Positions 36,874 to 47,171 of a stretch of 48,183 nt of DNA are shown here, one piece after another. Location: NCBI GenBank assembly GCA_030587475.2, contig JAUQYZ020000116.1, positions 1 through 48,183 on the forward strand. Direction: 5' to 3'. The stretch comes from Candidatus Sigynarchaeum calidifontis (lineage in GTDB: Archaea; Asgardarchaeota; Lokiarchaeia; Sigyniarchaeales; Sigyniarchaeaceae). A program made the translations under genes and the position numbers. A model generated the notes under the pieces. The model did not search any database and was not told where the DNA came from. It was given only the letters and a program-made list of their open reading frames with translations. Position 1 is the stretch's first letter; every line of letters starts with the position of its first letter.

Positions 36874-38478
36874 ATGGGAATCAAGCGAATCCTGGTCTCG
36901 ACCTATAAGAAAGAAGGCGTGGCGGACTTCATCAAAGCCCTAAAGGATGAATTCCACGTCGATGTCTTGTCATCCGGGGGCACAGCGAAGATTCTGCGAT
37001 CCGCGGGCATCGAAGTACAGGACGTTTCCTCGTATACCGGCGCACCGGAACTGTTCGGGGGTCGTATCAAGACAATTCATCCTCGCATCGCTGGTGGATT
37101 GTTGTTTAGGCGGGATAACCCTCAAGATGTCGAGGAGGCGAAAGCGAATGCCATTGAAACAATAGATATGGTCGTTTGCAATCTTTACCCGTTCGAGGAG
37201 GTCATCAAGAGACCTGGCACGAGTCTCGAGGAGGCAATCGAGATGATTGACGTGGGCGGGCCTACCATGGTGCGCGCGGCAGCAAAGAACTTCTCGCACG
37301 TGACGGTTATCTCACGTCCCGAGCAATACGCCAGGGTGTTGAAAGAGATGCGGGAGCATGGCGGGGATACGACACTGGAAACGAGAATGGAATTTGCTAT
37401 CGCAGCGTTCAAAACGATGGCCGAATACGATGCTACAATCTTTAAATACTTGGAAAAAAACCTCCATCCTGGTGTTCTGATCGATAAATTTCCGGACGTG
37501 CTCGTCAAGGTTTATGAAAAGGTGCACATGTGCCGGTATGGCGAGAATTGGGACCAGTCCGCAGCATTTTACACAGATATCGATTCACGGATCGGAATCG
37601 GGAACCTTGGTAAGCTCTGGGGAAAAGAAATCTCGTTCAACAACTATCTCGACATCGATGCGTGCTTCCAGACCTTGCTCGATCTGACCGAGCACGAGCA
37701 CGCGTGCGTCATCTTCAAGCACACGAACCCAAACGGCGTTGCGGTCGATTCAATGTCACAGCTCGAGGCGTGCAAGCGGGCCTTTAGCTGCGATCCTCTC
37801 TCGGCGTTCGGGGGTATCTGGGGATTTAACAAGCCGGTCGAGCCAGAAGTCGCCAAATTCTTGATCGAGGAGAAGAACGTCTTCATCGAGGTGCTCATCG
37901 CCCCGAAGATTCCCGAAGATTCTCGAAAGATAATGGCAAAGAAGGAAAATATGCGGGTCTTGGAATTTGGCGACCTCCTCACTAAGCGCGATGAGCTATA
38001 CAAGAACCTCGATATGCGCGGCATTCTAGGGGGGATGCTTGTCCAGGATTATGATTGGGGTCCGATAGTCAAGGAATGGAACGTCGTGACGAAGCGGCCT
38101 GTTTCCGAGGAGGAAAAGAAAACATTAATCTTCGCGATGAAGATCGCGAAGTGGGCGAAATCAAATTCGGCGGTGTTCGCCCGGAGCACGCCGACCGGCT
38201 TGTATACCATCGGGATCGGTACCGGCCAGCAATCTCGCGTTCATGTCGTGAAACTCGCACATAGCAAGGCCATCGAATTCGGCCACGATACGAAAGGGAG
38301 CGTGATGGCCACGGATTCATTCTTCCCCTTTCCGGACGGCCTGGAGGCGGCCGTCGCTGCCGGTGCCGTGGCCGTGCTCTGCCCCGGCGGGTCGATCCGC
38401 GACAAGGAGGTCATCAGCAGAGCCGACGCCTTGAATGCATCTCTGGTATTTACCGGGAAACGAGTGTTCCGGCATTAA
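36874..38478 (+). CDS. purH: Bifunctional AICAR transformylase / IMP cyclohydrolase
   Basis: SSGGT, GRIKTIHP, IDVGGPTMVRAAAKN, RYGEN, KHTNP, FFPFPD, PGGSIRD, RVFRH. Confidence 0.96.
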   Translation: MGIKRILVSTYKKEGVADFIKALKDEFHVDVLSSGGTAKILRSAGIEVQDVSSYTGAPELFGGRIKTIHPRIAGGLLFRRDNPQDVEEAKANAIETIDMVVCNLYPFEEVIKRPGTSLEEAIEMIDVGGPTMVRAAAKNFSHVTVISRPEQYARVLKEMREHGGDTTLETRMEFAIAAFKTMAEYDATIFKYLEKNLHPGVLIDKFPDVLVKVYEKVHMCRYGENWDQSAAFYTDIDSRIGIGNLGKLWGKEISFNNYLDIDACFQTLLDLTEHEHACVIFKHTNPNGVAVDSMSQLEACKRAFSCDPLSAFGGIWGFNKPVEPEVAKFLIEEKNVFIEVLIAPKIPEDSRKIMAKKENMRVLEFGDLLTKRDELYKNLDMRGILGGMLVQDYDWGPIVKEWNVVTKRPVSEEEKKTLIFAMKIAKWAKSNSAVFARSTPTGLYTIGIGTGQQSRVHVVKLAHSKAIEFGHDTKGSVMATDSFFPFPDGLEAAVAAGAVAVLCPGGSIRDKEVISRADALNASLVFTGKRVFRH

Positions 38479-38615
38479 CGCCCGCGTGTTCGTACTATAA
38501 CTCTTTTTTATCCACACGCCCTTTCATATTCCGAGCCTTTCCGATAAACCATTTAAGTTATAGTTGACTTCTCTAAGCATTCTAATTGCTACACGATACA
38601 GAAACGGGAATCCGC

Positions 38616-41600
38616 ATGAGCCGAAACCGGAATAGACCGGCGATGCTTGTGGGCATCGTGCTGGTAACCTTGATTCTCACGAACCAATGGCTTTCCTCGG
38701 AATTATTTAACAAGGCATCGAGTTCAAACGGTAACCAAGACACGCTTTACCACGGGGCAATATCAAACAGCGCAGCTAACGAGATCGTGCAATTGACAGG
38801 AACGGACCAAGTCGTGCGGTACATCGCGCAGAACGGGACTGCCGTGAATGTCGGGAACACCCCCGCCGCGAATAACTTGACCCTGCCCGCAACTACGGCC
38901 CCTGCCACGGTGCTCGACGCCACGAACACATCGCTCAGGTTTGACATGAACCCGTTCACGTCGAACCACACCATCGAAAAGGATGCCGGCTATGCATACC
39001 CGTGGAAGAGCTCGGGCACTACGTGGCTCAACACATCTGCTTCAAGAATGCCATATGCACTTCAGAAGGGCACCGATGCGCCGGGCTCCTACATTTACCT
39101 GAACCGGGAGCCGCTGAACACTGCATGGGTGATAAACTCATCTGCAAATAATGTAACCGTGAATCTAGAGTATCCGAATATCGGTACCACGATATCCGGG
39201 AATGATTCCATTCGGATTGATATGCTATTGAAGATGGCATTCAACACGAGCGTCGAGATGAACGTATGGGTATATGACAACCGTTACGGCCAGGGATGGG
39301 TGCAAGCAAACACCGCTCCATTTATTTTCAAGGGTGACGTGTCTGTAACGCCATTTACCCAGACGATCGATATTCCAGATTATCGCGCCCAAGCAATCCG
39401 GATTTTAAATCCTTGCATCAACGTGAGTTTGCGTTTCTCCGCATCTACACCGTTCAAGGCATTATTGTACCAAGCGAAAACGAAACTGTATCAAACATAC
39501 CAGATTCCCATCCATGCGGATAATTGGGTCGCATTGTCATTCGACTTGCGCGGGAATGCATGGGTGAGCGGTTTCTTGATGCACGTTCGCTCCTTCAAGC
39601 CAACAGCAGCGGAAAACCTCCAGATGAGTGTCTTTCGGACAAACAATTCCGCGATCACGCTCAATCAGATCACCGCTACGACCACGGCACCTCTCTACCA
39701 CAAGCCTAATTTAGGCCAGCTCGTTGCTGGCACTAGCCGGACATTTACCAACTACGCGCAAGACAAGATTGCCTGGTTCAATTTCACGGCACCAGTTTAC
39801 ATGACCACGGGTAATTATTTCGTCGTGCTCAACAGCACCGTGCCGGCCGGGCAGAGATACAGCATCGTAGTCCTTCCGTGGGAGGATCCTGCTGGTGCCA
39901 TCCCGCGCCAACCAGAAGCCAACGGCCATACCGTAATCACCTCGACGAACGACGGCACTAGTTGGTCCTTGTACACGGTACAAGTTTCGTCATCTCCCCA
40001 CGTGGTCGACGGGGCGCCGTTCAAGGTAGGTGTTCGGCGCCAGCTCATACCGTCCGACGTCAACTTGAAGATCAACGCCACGACGGTTCGAGATTGGCAG
40101 ATGCTAACGAACGTGCCGTTTTCTTCCACGAACTACGAGTGGGGCCGCGGGAATTGGTCGGTTACCAACTTGAACGCGCGGACGACGACATCCACGCTTA
40201 CCATGCCAATCACGTGGAACCAGACCGTTCGTGCGAGTTTCACATACAACGCGAGTTCATCCATGCGCATCTATGCGGAGGATCCCGCCGCCTCTTTACT
40301 CAAGCTGTCCCGCGAGGCGCCCCTCTGGAAGGTGAGTTATCAGTTCAATAGAACCAAATACACTGGCTGGAACGGGCAGTTCTTCAATTTCACTTTCCCC
40401 AGCGACTGGAGCGTGTTGAACGTCACCTACCCGGACGGTGCCAATTATTTCCGTTCAGAATACTTATCATCGATACCTGGTTCACGCAAGATGTACCCGG
40501 TCAACCGCACGTCTATCAACGGGCTCGCCCCGAGTCTCCAGCAGCTCACGTACGTTTCGTGGTTCAATAGCCCGAATTACACCAAGAGCGTGGACACGTA
40601 TCTCCGGTACAATGCCGCGACCTTTCATAAAACTGCGCATTTCGTGAACGGGGACAGCATGTCTGCAAGGGTTTCCGTCCAGACAGGCTCTGGCAAAGCA
40701 GTCTTGAACGGCCAGGTGAACTTGACCCTCTTTTATCCGAGCGGGAACCCGGTCACCAGCATGACGAGTTCCGTCATCAACAGCACGGCCGGCTTCGTTA
40801 CCAGGTATAACTTCAACGATGCCAGCTTGCACACCTTCGCCGGGACCGCTGTCGGCCGCCACTTGGCCCGCGTCTTCTGGTTTAATGGTTCGGAGGCTGG
40901 GATATATTATCACGACGTTTTTAAGGTAAACTACACGGTGATCGGCCATCAAGTGGACGAGTTGCTCGATGAAGGGCTCAACCAGGTCAGCGGGTCGTTC
41001 ATATCCGGGGCAAACGAATCGATCCCCACGAACATCGTGCACGTGTCGATCGACAAGGACGACGTTGTGCCAGTCGGTCTCGTTGTTAATAAATCCATTG
41101 ACGATATCACGTTCAAGGAATTCAATCAAACGCAAACCGTTTTCAATCCAAACGAGAATATCAGCTTTACCGTGAAATTAAAGAGCACGTCACTCGGGTT
41201 GTCGCATGAAGTATGGACGAACGTGCAGATCGTTCAAGCCTTCCAGCCGGATCGGGTCATGATGAACTTGTCAACCTCACCCGTCGTTCTCAACCCCGCC
41301 GGTTACCCGAACTCTGAACGAACGCTCGCCCTCTCTGGCACGTTCCCCGCATTATTTGGATCCGGGATCAACGCGCCCTTGCGCAACTCTCTCTTCATGA
41401 CGCGGGTGCGGATTTACGTGGACGGATACCTCGCCACGACTTGGACATCGGACGAGAGCAATATATATGCCGTGAAGATGGACAATGCAACGGACGGCAC
41501 GGTACTCGCCACGAAAATCGTCCGGAACTACACGGGTACAAGCTTTTCCCAGCTGTTCACGCGGGCGAACGAGACTGTCTACAACCAGCCTACCATGTTC

Positions 41601-42734
41601 ATGATGCTTCTCGAGAGCTCTGGCGGTGTCACCTTGCTTAACATCCTGGCGCGCGACTTTACCAATTCAATGACAAGCGTGATCAAGGACATGGCCGCCG
41701 TGCCCGTGACCGGCGACGTGCTCACGATCAACAACAGTGTCATCCTGTCCGGCCGGCTTTTCCTCGAGGATGGGAAAGTCGTGAATGGCACCACCGTGCA
41801 AGTCACTCGGTGGACGGGTTCCAGCTGGGCACCATATTACGTGGTCGGTAGCACGACGAACAACTCGCTCCCCACGAGCAACGGCACGTTCAGCGGCACG
41901 TTCCGGCTGCCCTTGACCTACAACCGCACCATGACCGTCCAGTTCACATGGGCGGGAAATTCAACTGTCGAGTCCACGACAGCATTCCTGGTAGTTAACA
42001 TCACCGAATATACACCTAGCTTTACGATCACGTCGCGAGCATCCAAAATCGTCGTCGTGGGTGGTTCTTACAGGAACTTTTATACCTTCATCGTGCGAAA
42101 CACGGGAAACACGACGCTGATGTTCCGGGATCCGGCATCCGTCGGAAGTGACAAAATCACGGGGGAGATCGCTACGTGGATAAACGCGGGGCTACTCGAA
42201 ATCAGTCCAAACGAGGAATTTACTTTCTCCTTGGTGTTGACAGCGGAGAATCCGGGCATCGCTCGATCTTTCTCGACAAGCTTCACGATCGAGCTACATG
42301 CATTCTCGATCGAGACCAAGGCGAGCTTGAACGTCACTCAGCAGTTCACGGCGACGGTTCAACCGCCGGATCTTGGCAGCCAGCTCGCGTCGATCTGGTA
42401 CTTGGGCTATTTCGCGGCCATAGCATTGCTCGTGATCATCGCTTTTCTCTTGATCAAGCGCGTTTCGATCCAAGCAAAGCGGCCCGCTGGAGCTGGCACC
42501 TTGAGCAGGGGAAAAACACCTGCTAAGGGCGTGGAACTGCCGTACACGATCAAGAAGGGTGCTGATATCGCCACGCCAGAAGGTGAAAAGAAATACAAGT
42601 CCATTGAAGAAGCGATGGCAGAGGTAAAGGGTCAATCCGACAAGGAAACAGCGACCGAGGCCGAAGATTCCGGCGAGGGAGATGCCGAGGAAACTAACAA
42701 GGAAGATGCTGGACAAGATAAAGATTCGAAATAA
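38616..42734 (+). CDS. Large secreted/surface glycoprotein with C-terminal TM anchor and charged cytoplasmic tail
   Basis: Basic-hydrophobic N-terminal signal, Thr/Asn/Ser-rich beta sequence with dozens of N-x-S/T sequons, TM segment YLGYFAAIALLVIIAFLLIKR and a ~90-aa tail. Confidence 0.85.
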   Translation: MSRNRNRPAMLVGIVLVTLILTNQWLSSELFNKASSSNGNQDTLYHGAISNSAANEIVQLTGTDQVVRYIAQNGTAVNVGNTPAANNLTLPATTAPATVLDATNTSLRFDMNPFTSNHTIEKDAGYAYPWKSSGTTWLNTSASRMPYALQKGTDAPGSYIYLNREPLNTAWVINSSANNVTVNLEYPNIGTTISGNDSIRIDMLLKMAFNTSVEMNVWVYDNRYGQGWVQANTAPFIFKGDVSVTPFTQTIDIPDYRAQAIRILNPCINVSLRFSASTPFKALLYQAKTKLYQTYQIPIHADNWVALSFDLRGNAWVSGFLMHVRSFKPTAAENLQMSVFRTNNSAITLNQITATTTAPLYHKPNLGQLVAGTSRTFTNYAQDKIAWFNFTAPVYMTTGNYFVVLNSTVPAGQRYSIVVLPWEDPAGAIPRQPEANGHTVITSTNDGTSWSLYTVQVSSSPHVVDGAPFKVGVRRQLIPSDVNLKINATTVRDWQMLTNVPFSSTNYEWGRGNWSVTNLNARTTTSTLTMPITWNQTVRASFTYNASSSMRIYAEDPAASLLKLSREAPLWKVSYQFNRTKYTGWNGQFFNFTFPSDWSVLNVTYPDGANYFRSEYLSSIPGSRKMYPVNRTSINGLAPSLQQLTYVSWFNSPNYTKSVDTYLRYNAATFHKTAHFVNGDSMSARVSVQTGSGKAVLNGQVNLTLFYPSGNPVTSMTSSVINSTAGFVTRYNFNDASLHTFAGTAVGRHLARVFWFNGSEAGIYYHDVFKVNYTVIGHQVDELLDEGLNQVSGSFISGANESIPTNIVHVSIDKDDVVPVGLVVNKSIDDITFKEFNQTQTVFNPNENISFTVKLKSTSLGLSHEVWTNVQIVQAFQPDRVMMNLSTSPVVLNPAGYPNSERTLALSGTFPALFGSGINAPLRNSLFMTRVRIYVDGYLATTWTSDESNIYAVKMDNATDGTVLATKIVRNYTGTSFSQLFTRANETVYNQPTMFMMLLESSGGVTLLNILARDFTNSMTSVIKDMAAVPVTGDVLTINNSVILSGRLFLEDGKVVNGTTVQVTRWTGSSWAPYYVVGSTTNNSLPTSNGTFSGTFRLPLTYNRTMTVQFTWAGNSTVESTTAFLVVNITEYTPSFTITSRASKIVVVGGSYRNFYTFIVRNTGNTTLMFRDPASVGSDKITGEIATWINAGLLEISPNEEFTFSLVLTAENPGIARSFSTSFTIELHAFSIETKASLNVTQQFTATVQPPDLGSQLASIWYLGYFAAIALLVIIAFLLIKRVSIQAKRPAGAGTLSRGKTPAKGVELPYTIKKGADIATPEGEKKYKSIEEAMAEVKGQSDKETATEAEDSGEGDAEETNKEDAGQDKDSK

Positions 42735-42872
42735 AAAGAACCCTGGCCTTTTTTCTCGATGTTCATAACCCAGTTCACGCTGCTATTTTTCCCCGTTCTT
42801 TCCCTAATTCAATACTTTTTTAAGGTTTTACGAGGATTATAGTCTCAAACGAACGATAATCGATTGATTAAC

Positions 42873-43169
42873 ATGATCGATCCCAAAGCTCTCAAGGAAA
42901 TCGTGAAAAGATTTGCTTCCCGTGAAGATGTGAGGGGCGTTATCATCACGGACAACGAAGGCCTACCTATCCAGACAGATTTGCCTACGGCGACCACGGA
43001 GCTCGTCGCTGCACAAGTGACATCTCTCGTTGGCAGGGCAAAAAAGGTCGTCGAAGGTCTCCAAGAGGGCGAGTTACATTTCTTGAAGTTGGAGACAGAT
43101 AAAGGTGAAGTTCTCATTGCGCCAGAGGACGCGTGGATCCTCATCGTGCTCCAAGGTGCATCCGGTTAA
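42873..43169 (+). CDS. Roadblock/LC7 domain protein
   Basis: DVRGVIITDNEGLPIQT...LVAAQVTSLV...ELHFLKLETDKGEVLIAP, close to the dynein light chain roadblock pattern. Confidence 0.9.
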   Translation: MIDPKALKEIVKRFASREDVRGVIITDNEGLPIQTDLPTATTELVAAQVTSLVGRAKKVVEGLQEGELHFLKLETDKGEVLIAPEDAWILIVLQGASG

Positions 43170-43335
43170 ATCGTTCTCATTTTAGCTCGATGTTACCCGG
43201 ATCGAGCTGCGCGCCACCATTGCTTCTTTGTGATTCATTCATTTTCCCCACGCCATCATTCAAGTTTAAATTCAGACAAATAGACAATCTATTATATCAT
43301 AGCGCTCGAAAGCAAGCCTCAGCCTGGTGGGATGA

Positions 43336-43683
43336 TTGGTAGACAAAAATAAATTGGAAGCGAATCTCTCCAAGTTAATGGATGATATCCCCGAGATCGA
43401 AGGGCTCATCGCCCTTGACTTGAAGGGAAATGTTCTCGTTGGACAGACAATCACCGAAATGGACAAGGCCCTCCTTGCAAAGGCAGCACTCGATGTCTTC
43501 ACGAAGGCAAAGGCCATGGGAAAAAGCACGGGAAAAGGCAGCGTGCAAGCGATCAACATCTCGATGGACAAGGGTAGCTCGTGCATCGTTGGAAACGAGT
43601 CGATGATTATCATGTCAATGCAAGGAACCGACGCATCGAGCTCGATCGCGCTGATCCTGCGTTCAATCAAGGCCTGCTTGTAA
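43336..43683 (+). CDS. Roadblock/LC7 (MglB/LAMTOR-like) domain protein
   Basis: LMDDIPEIEGLIALDLKGNVL...GKGSVQAINISMDKG. TTG start after a GGTGG RBS. Confidence 0.8.
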   Translation: MVDKNKLEANLSKLMDDIPEIEGLIALDLKGNVLVGQTITEMDKALLAKAALDVFTKAKAMGKSTGKGSVQAINISMDKGSSCIVGNESMIIMSMQGTDASSSIALILRSIKACL

Positions 43684-43791
43684 AAAATGATCCTTATTTC
43701 TATCTTTCCCTAAAAACTTCCCCGATCCTTTCGATGATGGGTTATACCGAGAAAAAAACTGGAAAGGGTTGCTGATTTAGCGAAGTCCGTT

Positions 43792-45333
43792 TTACTTGCC
43801 CGTGATCACGAAGTCGTTCTTGCCCGGTTGCAGCGTCCAGCGGATGAACACACCCTGGCCGGGGCTCATCTTGTAGGTAACGCCCCGCGGAAGGCCTATT
43901 TTTTTCTTGAATGCCTCCTCCACGCCAGGATATACGTTTTCCCAGAGGAATGCCCCGTACGGGAGCGGCTTGGCGCGGGAATTCTCGACTTTCAGCCTGA
44001 TCGTCGTGATCTGCTTGATCGAGGCATCGATCGATACTTCCGGCACGATTGGCTCGAGGAAAAACCCAGGCGCTCCCCCGCCCGGGTCGGCATGTCCGAC
44101 CATTTCCTCGTCCGGCTCGTAGTTGAGGTAGTTGAACACCGCCACGGGAGATGCCCGCCCGGTATCGAACACGAGCTGGCACTCGGAGTCAAAGTAGAAG
44201 AAACTGTCGCTCCACGGCGGCGATTTCATGGCCGCCACGCGGTCGCCATCGTTCACTTTACCCAGATAATCGTAGAGATACTCGACGGGTAGATAAGCAT
44301 GCTTGGAAATCGTTCCTGCGTAATCCCTTCCATCCTTTACTTGCCGCCAGAAATCGAGCTCGGCCGGGACGGGTACCCACCGAAACGGGGCGAACACGGG
44401 GATGGTACCGCGTGGCGATGCCTCCTTGTACTTTGCCGCGGCTTTACTGGCCGTCAGGAACTCGACCGTGTCCCGCTTCGTGAGCCAGTCGAAGAAAAGA
44501 TCCATCATCTTCGTGCAAAAGGTGACCCTCGCCTCGGTAAATGGCTTGCAAATCTCCCCCCACGTTTGCTCGTGGGCTTCTTGATGAAACTGGAACCATA
44601 TCCCCGCGTCGTTCAGCGGCAAGGCCCGCTCGTATTCGGCGAACATAGCCTTCCAGTATTCGACGTTGGTGTCCGTGCACACGCCGCCGCGCTCCACGTC
44701 GTTCGGATCGGTGCTCCACAGCTCGGGCTTGCACGTGTGGAAGGACTTGTTGAGGTCTCGCATGGTCCACTCGAACGCCACGATGCCGCTGTCATTATCC
44801 GGGCCCGCGGGCTCGTGCGCGCTGCCTTTCCGCATGGGAAACGAGCCCCATGGCATGCCGAAATCGGTGATCGAGTCCACGCCGATCTGGCACCAACAAT
44901 GGCCGAACATGCCCGTGAATCCCTCGGCCTCGAGCGCGAGCATCATTTCCTTCGTGCGGATGCCTTGCCCAGCGACCTTGACATCGGCCCATGGCAACCA
45001 CTTCCGGATCTCATCCCGCTGTTCCCTGATGAGCCGGCGGTAATCGTCCACCGTTAACTTTCGAGCGATGTCGCGCTCGCGAGTGTGGTGGAACTTCTCG
45101 CCGGTCGGGAACCGGAAGAACATTGCTATGTCATCGCCAAATTTCTCGTGATATTCGGTAAAAACGTCCATTTCACAACGTGCCGACTTCGGAGAGACGA
45201 GCCACGTGACCGGGATCTTGTACTTGTGGCATAAATCCCCGAAATTGCGGATTCCCCCGCTCGGGCATCCGAATCCCCACTGGGCATCCACGTAATACGC
45301 TTGGGAGAACACGGTCATGTGAATTTTGCTCAT
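43792..45333 (-). CDS. Hypothetical protein, possible polysaccharide-deacetylase-like barrel (DUF3863-like)
   Basis: IPVTWLVS and GHCWCQIGVDSITDFGMPWG. Start set at MSKIHM; the longer upstream extension is antisense to nfi. Confidence 0.6.
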   Translation of the reverse strand: MSKIHMTVFSQAYYVDAQWGFGCPSGGIRNFGDLCHKYKIPVTWLVSPKSARCEMDVFTEYHEKFGDDIAMFFRFPTGEKFHHTRERDIARKLTVDDYRRLIREQRDEIRKWLPWADVKVAGQGIRTKEMMLALEAEGFTGMFGHCWCQIGVDSITDFGMPWGSFPMRKGSAHEPAGPDNDSGIVAFEWTMRDLNKSFHTCKPELWSTDPNDVERGGVCTDTNVEYWKAMFAEYERALPLNDAGIWFQFHQEAHEQTWGEICKPFTEARVTFCTKMMDLFFDWLTKRDTVEFLTASKAAAKYKEASPRGTIPVFAPFRWVPVPAELDFWRQVKDGRDYAGTISKHAYLPVEYLYDYLGKVNDGDRVAAMKSPPWSDSFFYFDSECQLVFDTGRASPVAVFNYLNYEPDEEMVGHADPGGGAPGFFLEPIVPEVSIDASIKQITTIRLKVENSRAKPLPYGAFLWENVYPGVEEAFKKKIGLPRGVTYKMSPGQGVFIRWTLQPGKNDFVITGK

Positions 45334-45378
45334 GCCTGGATCTCGGGGGGAAATGGAAAAAAAGTTTCCCGGCGGGGG

Positions 45379-45386
45379 CTTTAAAT
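45379..45386 (+). promoter_or_regulatory. TATA box for probable leaderless nfi transcript
   Basis: CTTTAAAT about 25 nt upstream of ATG 45409. Confidence 0.35.
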
Positions 45387-45408
45387 GCATGGGAGAACTG
45401 CTCTTTTT

Positions 45409-46116
45409 ATGAAACCACGTGCCCGTGCAATCTATCCCGAACTTTTGGCAGATGTCGTGTCGAGAGAGGAGGCAGAGCGGCTGCAGGTCGAGTTCCAGGG
45501 CCGGATCCAGTTGCGACCAATCCCCATGCCGCGTACGGTCACGGGCGTCGACATCGCCTACTTGACAACGACGAGTACGGGTGCCGTCGCGGTGGCCGTG
45601 ACCATGGCTATTCCATCTTTCAAAATCCTGGAAACCGCTCAAGTCACGGGCGCGTGCACGTTCCCATACATCCCCGGGCTGCTGGGCTTCCGCGAGCTCA
45701 ACTTGGTTTCCCGCGCGCTGTACACGCTCGAGCAACCCGTCGAGATCATCTTGTATGACGGCCACGGCATCGCGCACCCTCGCCATTTCGGTGCAGCGAG
45801 CCAGCTCGGCCTCGCTTTCGGCATCCCCACGATCGGCTGTGCGAAGGGCTTGTTACACGGCACGATGGCGGGGGCATTGGAGCCCGGGAAGTTCGCCATG
45901 GCACCAATCAAGGACGAAACCACGGGCGAGACCCTCGGGGTCGCGATGCGGATGCATGACAATGTCAATCCCATCTATATCTCGCCCGGCCACCTCGTTG
46001 ATGTCGCGAGTGCCATTGAAATCGTGAAGACTTGCGCGGGCGGGAGCCGGCTTCCCGAACCGATCCGCCAGGCCGATGCCATGGCGCGCAAGCACGTCCA
46101 CTTCTTCGAGGAGTGA
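45409..46116 (+). CDS. nfi: Endonuclease V
   Basis: GVDIAY, FPYIPGLLGFRE, DGHGIAHPR, PTIGCAK, PIYISPGH, RLPEPIRQAD. Confidence 0.96.
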   Translation: MKPRARAIYPELLADVVSREEAERLQVEFQGRIQLRPIPMPRTVTGVDIAYLTTTSTGAVAVAVTMAIPSFKILETAQVTGACTFPYIPGLLGFRELNLVSRALYTLEQPVEIILYDGHGIAHPRHFGAASQLGLAFGIPTIGCAKGLLHGTMAGALEPGKFAMAPIKDETTGETLGVAMRMHDNVNPIYISPGHLVDVASAIEIVKTCAGGSRLPEPIRQADAMARKHVHFFEE

Positions 46117-46247
46117 TCCTCCTTACCGCTTGATGCGCTCGTAATACCGGGATCGCATCGCCGCCCTTATTCCGTGCCGCCTTCCAAGTCATCGTTCAAT
46201 TGGTTTCTATGTTGATCTTGATGCATCCCGACGGTGCGCGTGAAAGC

Positions 46248-47171
46248 ATGGCATCAGAGACAAACCCCGGCCTCCAGCAAGGGATCCAGCAACCCGCGAG
46301 CGATGCCGAGTTCTGGCGGGACAAGGATTTCTCGCCGCTCGTGAACCACGAGGACCTGAAAAAAGTTGCCAAGGACGACCCGTGGCAGTATGAAGTGGCT
46401 TCGCGCCTCCGCAGCTTTCTCATGCGCATGGAAAGCCGCAAGATCGTCAACTTTAGAGTCTCGGGCATCGTGCTGCATTCAGCATCGGTCTTGTGCCGGG
46501 CCAAGTCGCAGACTATGGTCGACACGGGTGCGGAGATGCAAGATTCGCTTTTGGAGATGAAAAACAATTCCAATGAACCCGCCGGCGACCAAAATGCCCT
46601 CGATGCGGGCATGGAACCATGCACCATAGACGAGCTCGCCTTCACGCCAGACGGCGATATCAAGCTAGAGGCCATCGCGGCAGGCAACGTCGACATCGAC
46701 AAGGTACTCGACAACATCGCCTCCGGCCACGGTTCACTGAACCACTTCTTGTCCAGGAAAGCGCTATCGAGGTTTAACATGCCCAAGCGTGTCGTCGCCA
46801 AGCCGCTCACGATGGCCGAGCTGTCGCTTGCGCTCAACGATGCCCTCGCCGGCAAGTTCCGCCGCAAGGCGACGAAGGCCGAGGTAAAGCAAATCACATT
46901 ACCCGACGCTTTCAAGAATTCTTACGCTAATGAACTCAAGATCGAAACGCTCGTGCCGGAGATCGACGCAAAGGTTCGTGAAAATTTCTCAAACGACGAA
47001 GCCCCGACATCATTCGTTACATTATTTGATGACTTGTCGACTATCTACATCGTGAAGACGTTCATTGCAATCTTGCACATGATCAACCGCAAGATGATCG
47101 AGGTCTGGCAGAAGGACGATGGCGAGATCCTCATAGTCCCGTTCGGCAAGGCGACCACTTGCTTCTCCTAA
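46248..47171 (+). CDS. scpA: ScpA / kleisin (segregation and condensation protein A)
   Basis: DPWQYEV...FL...NFRVSGIVLHSASVLCRAKS N-terminal kleisin motif, TMAELSLAL, and C-terminal winged helix IVKTFIAILHM...IEVWQ...GEI. Confidence 0.85.
   Translation: MASETNPGLQQGIQQPASDAEFWRDKDFSPLVNHEDLKKVAKDDPWQYEVASRLRSFLMRMESRKIVNFRVSGIVLHSASVLCRAKSQTMVDTGAEMQDSLLEMKNNSNEPAGDQNALDAGMEPCTIDELAFTPDGDIKLEAIAAGNVDIDKVLDNIASGHGSLNHFLSRKALSRFNMPKRVVAKPLTMAELSLALNDALAGKFRRKATKAEVKQITLPDAFKNSYANELKIETLVPEIDAKVRENFSNDEAPTSFVTLFDDLSTIYIVKTFIAILHMINRKMIEVWQKDDGEILIVPFGKATTCFS

Noticed and set aside
45334-45786. N-terminal extension of the 664-aa ORF
   Set aside because: Antisense to endonuclease V. The plausible start is MSKIHM at 45333.
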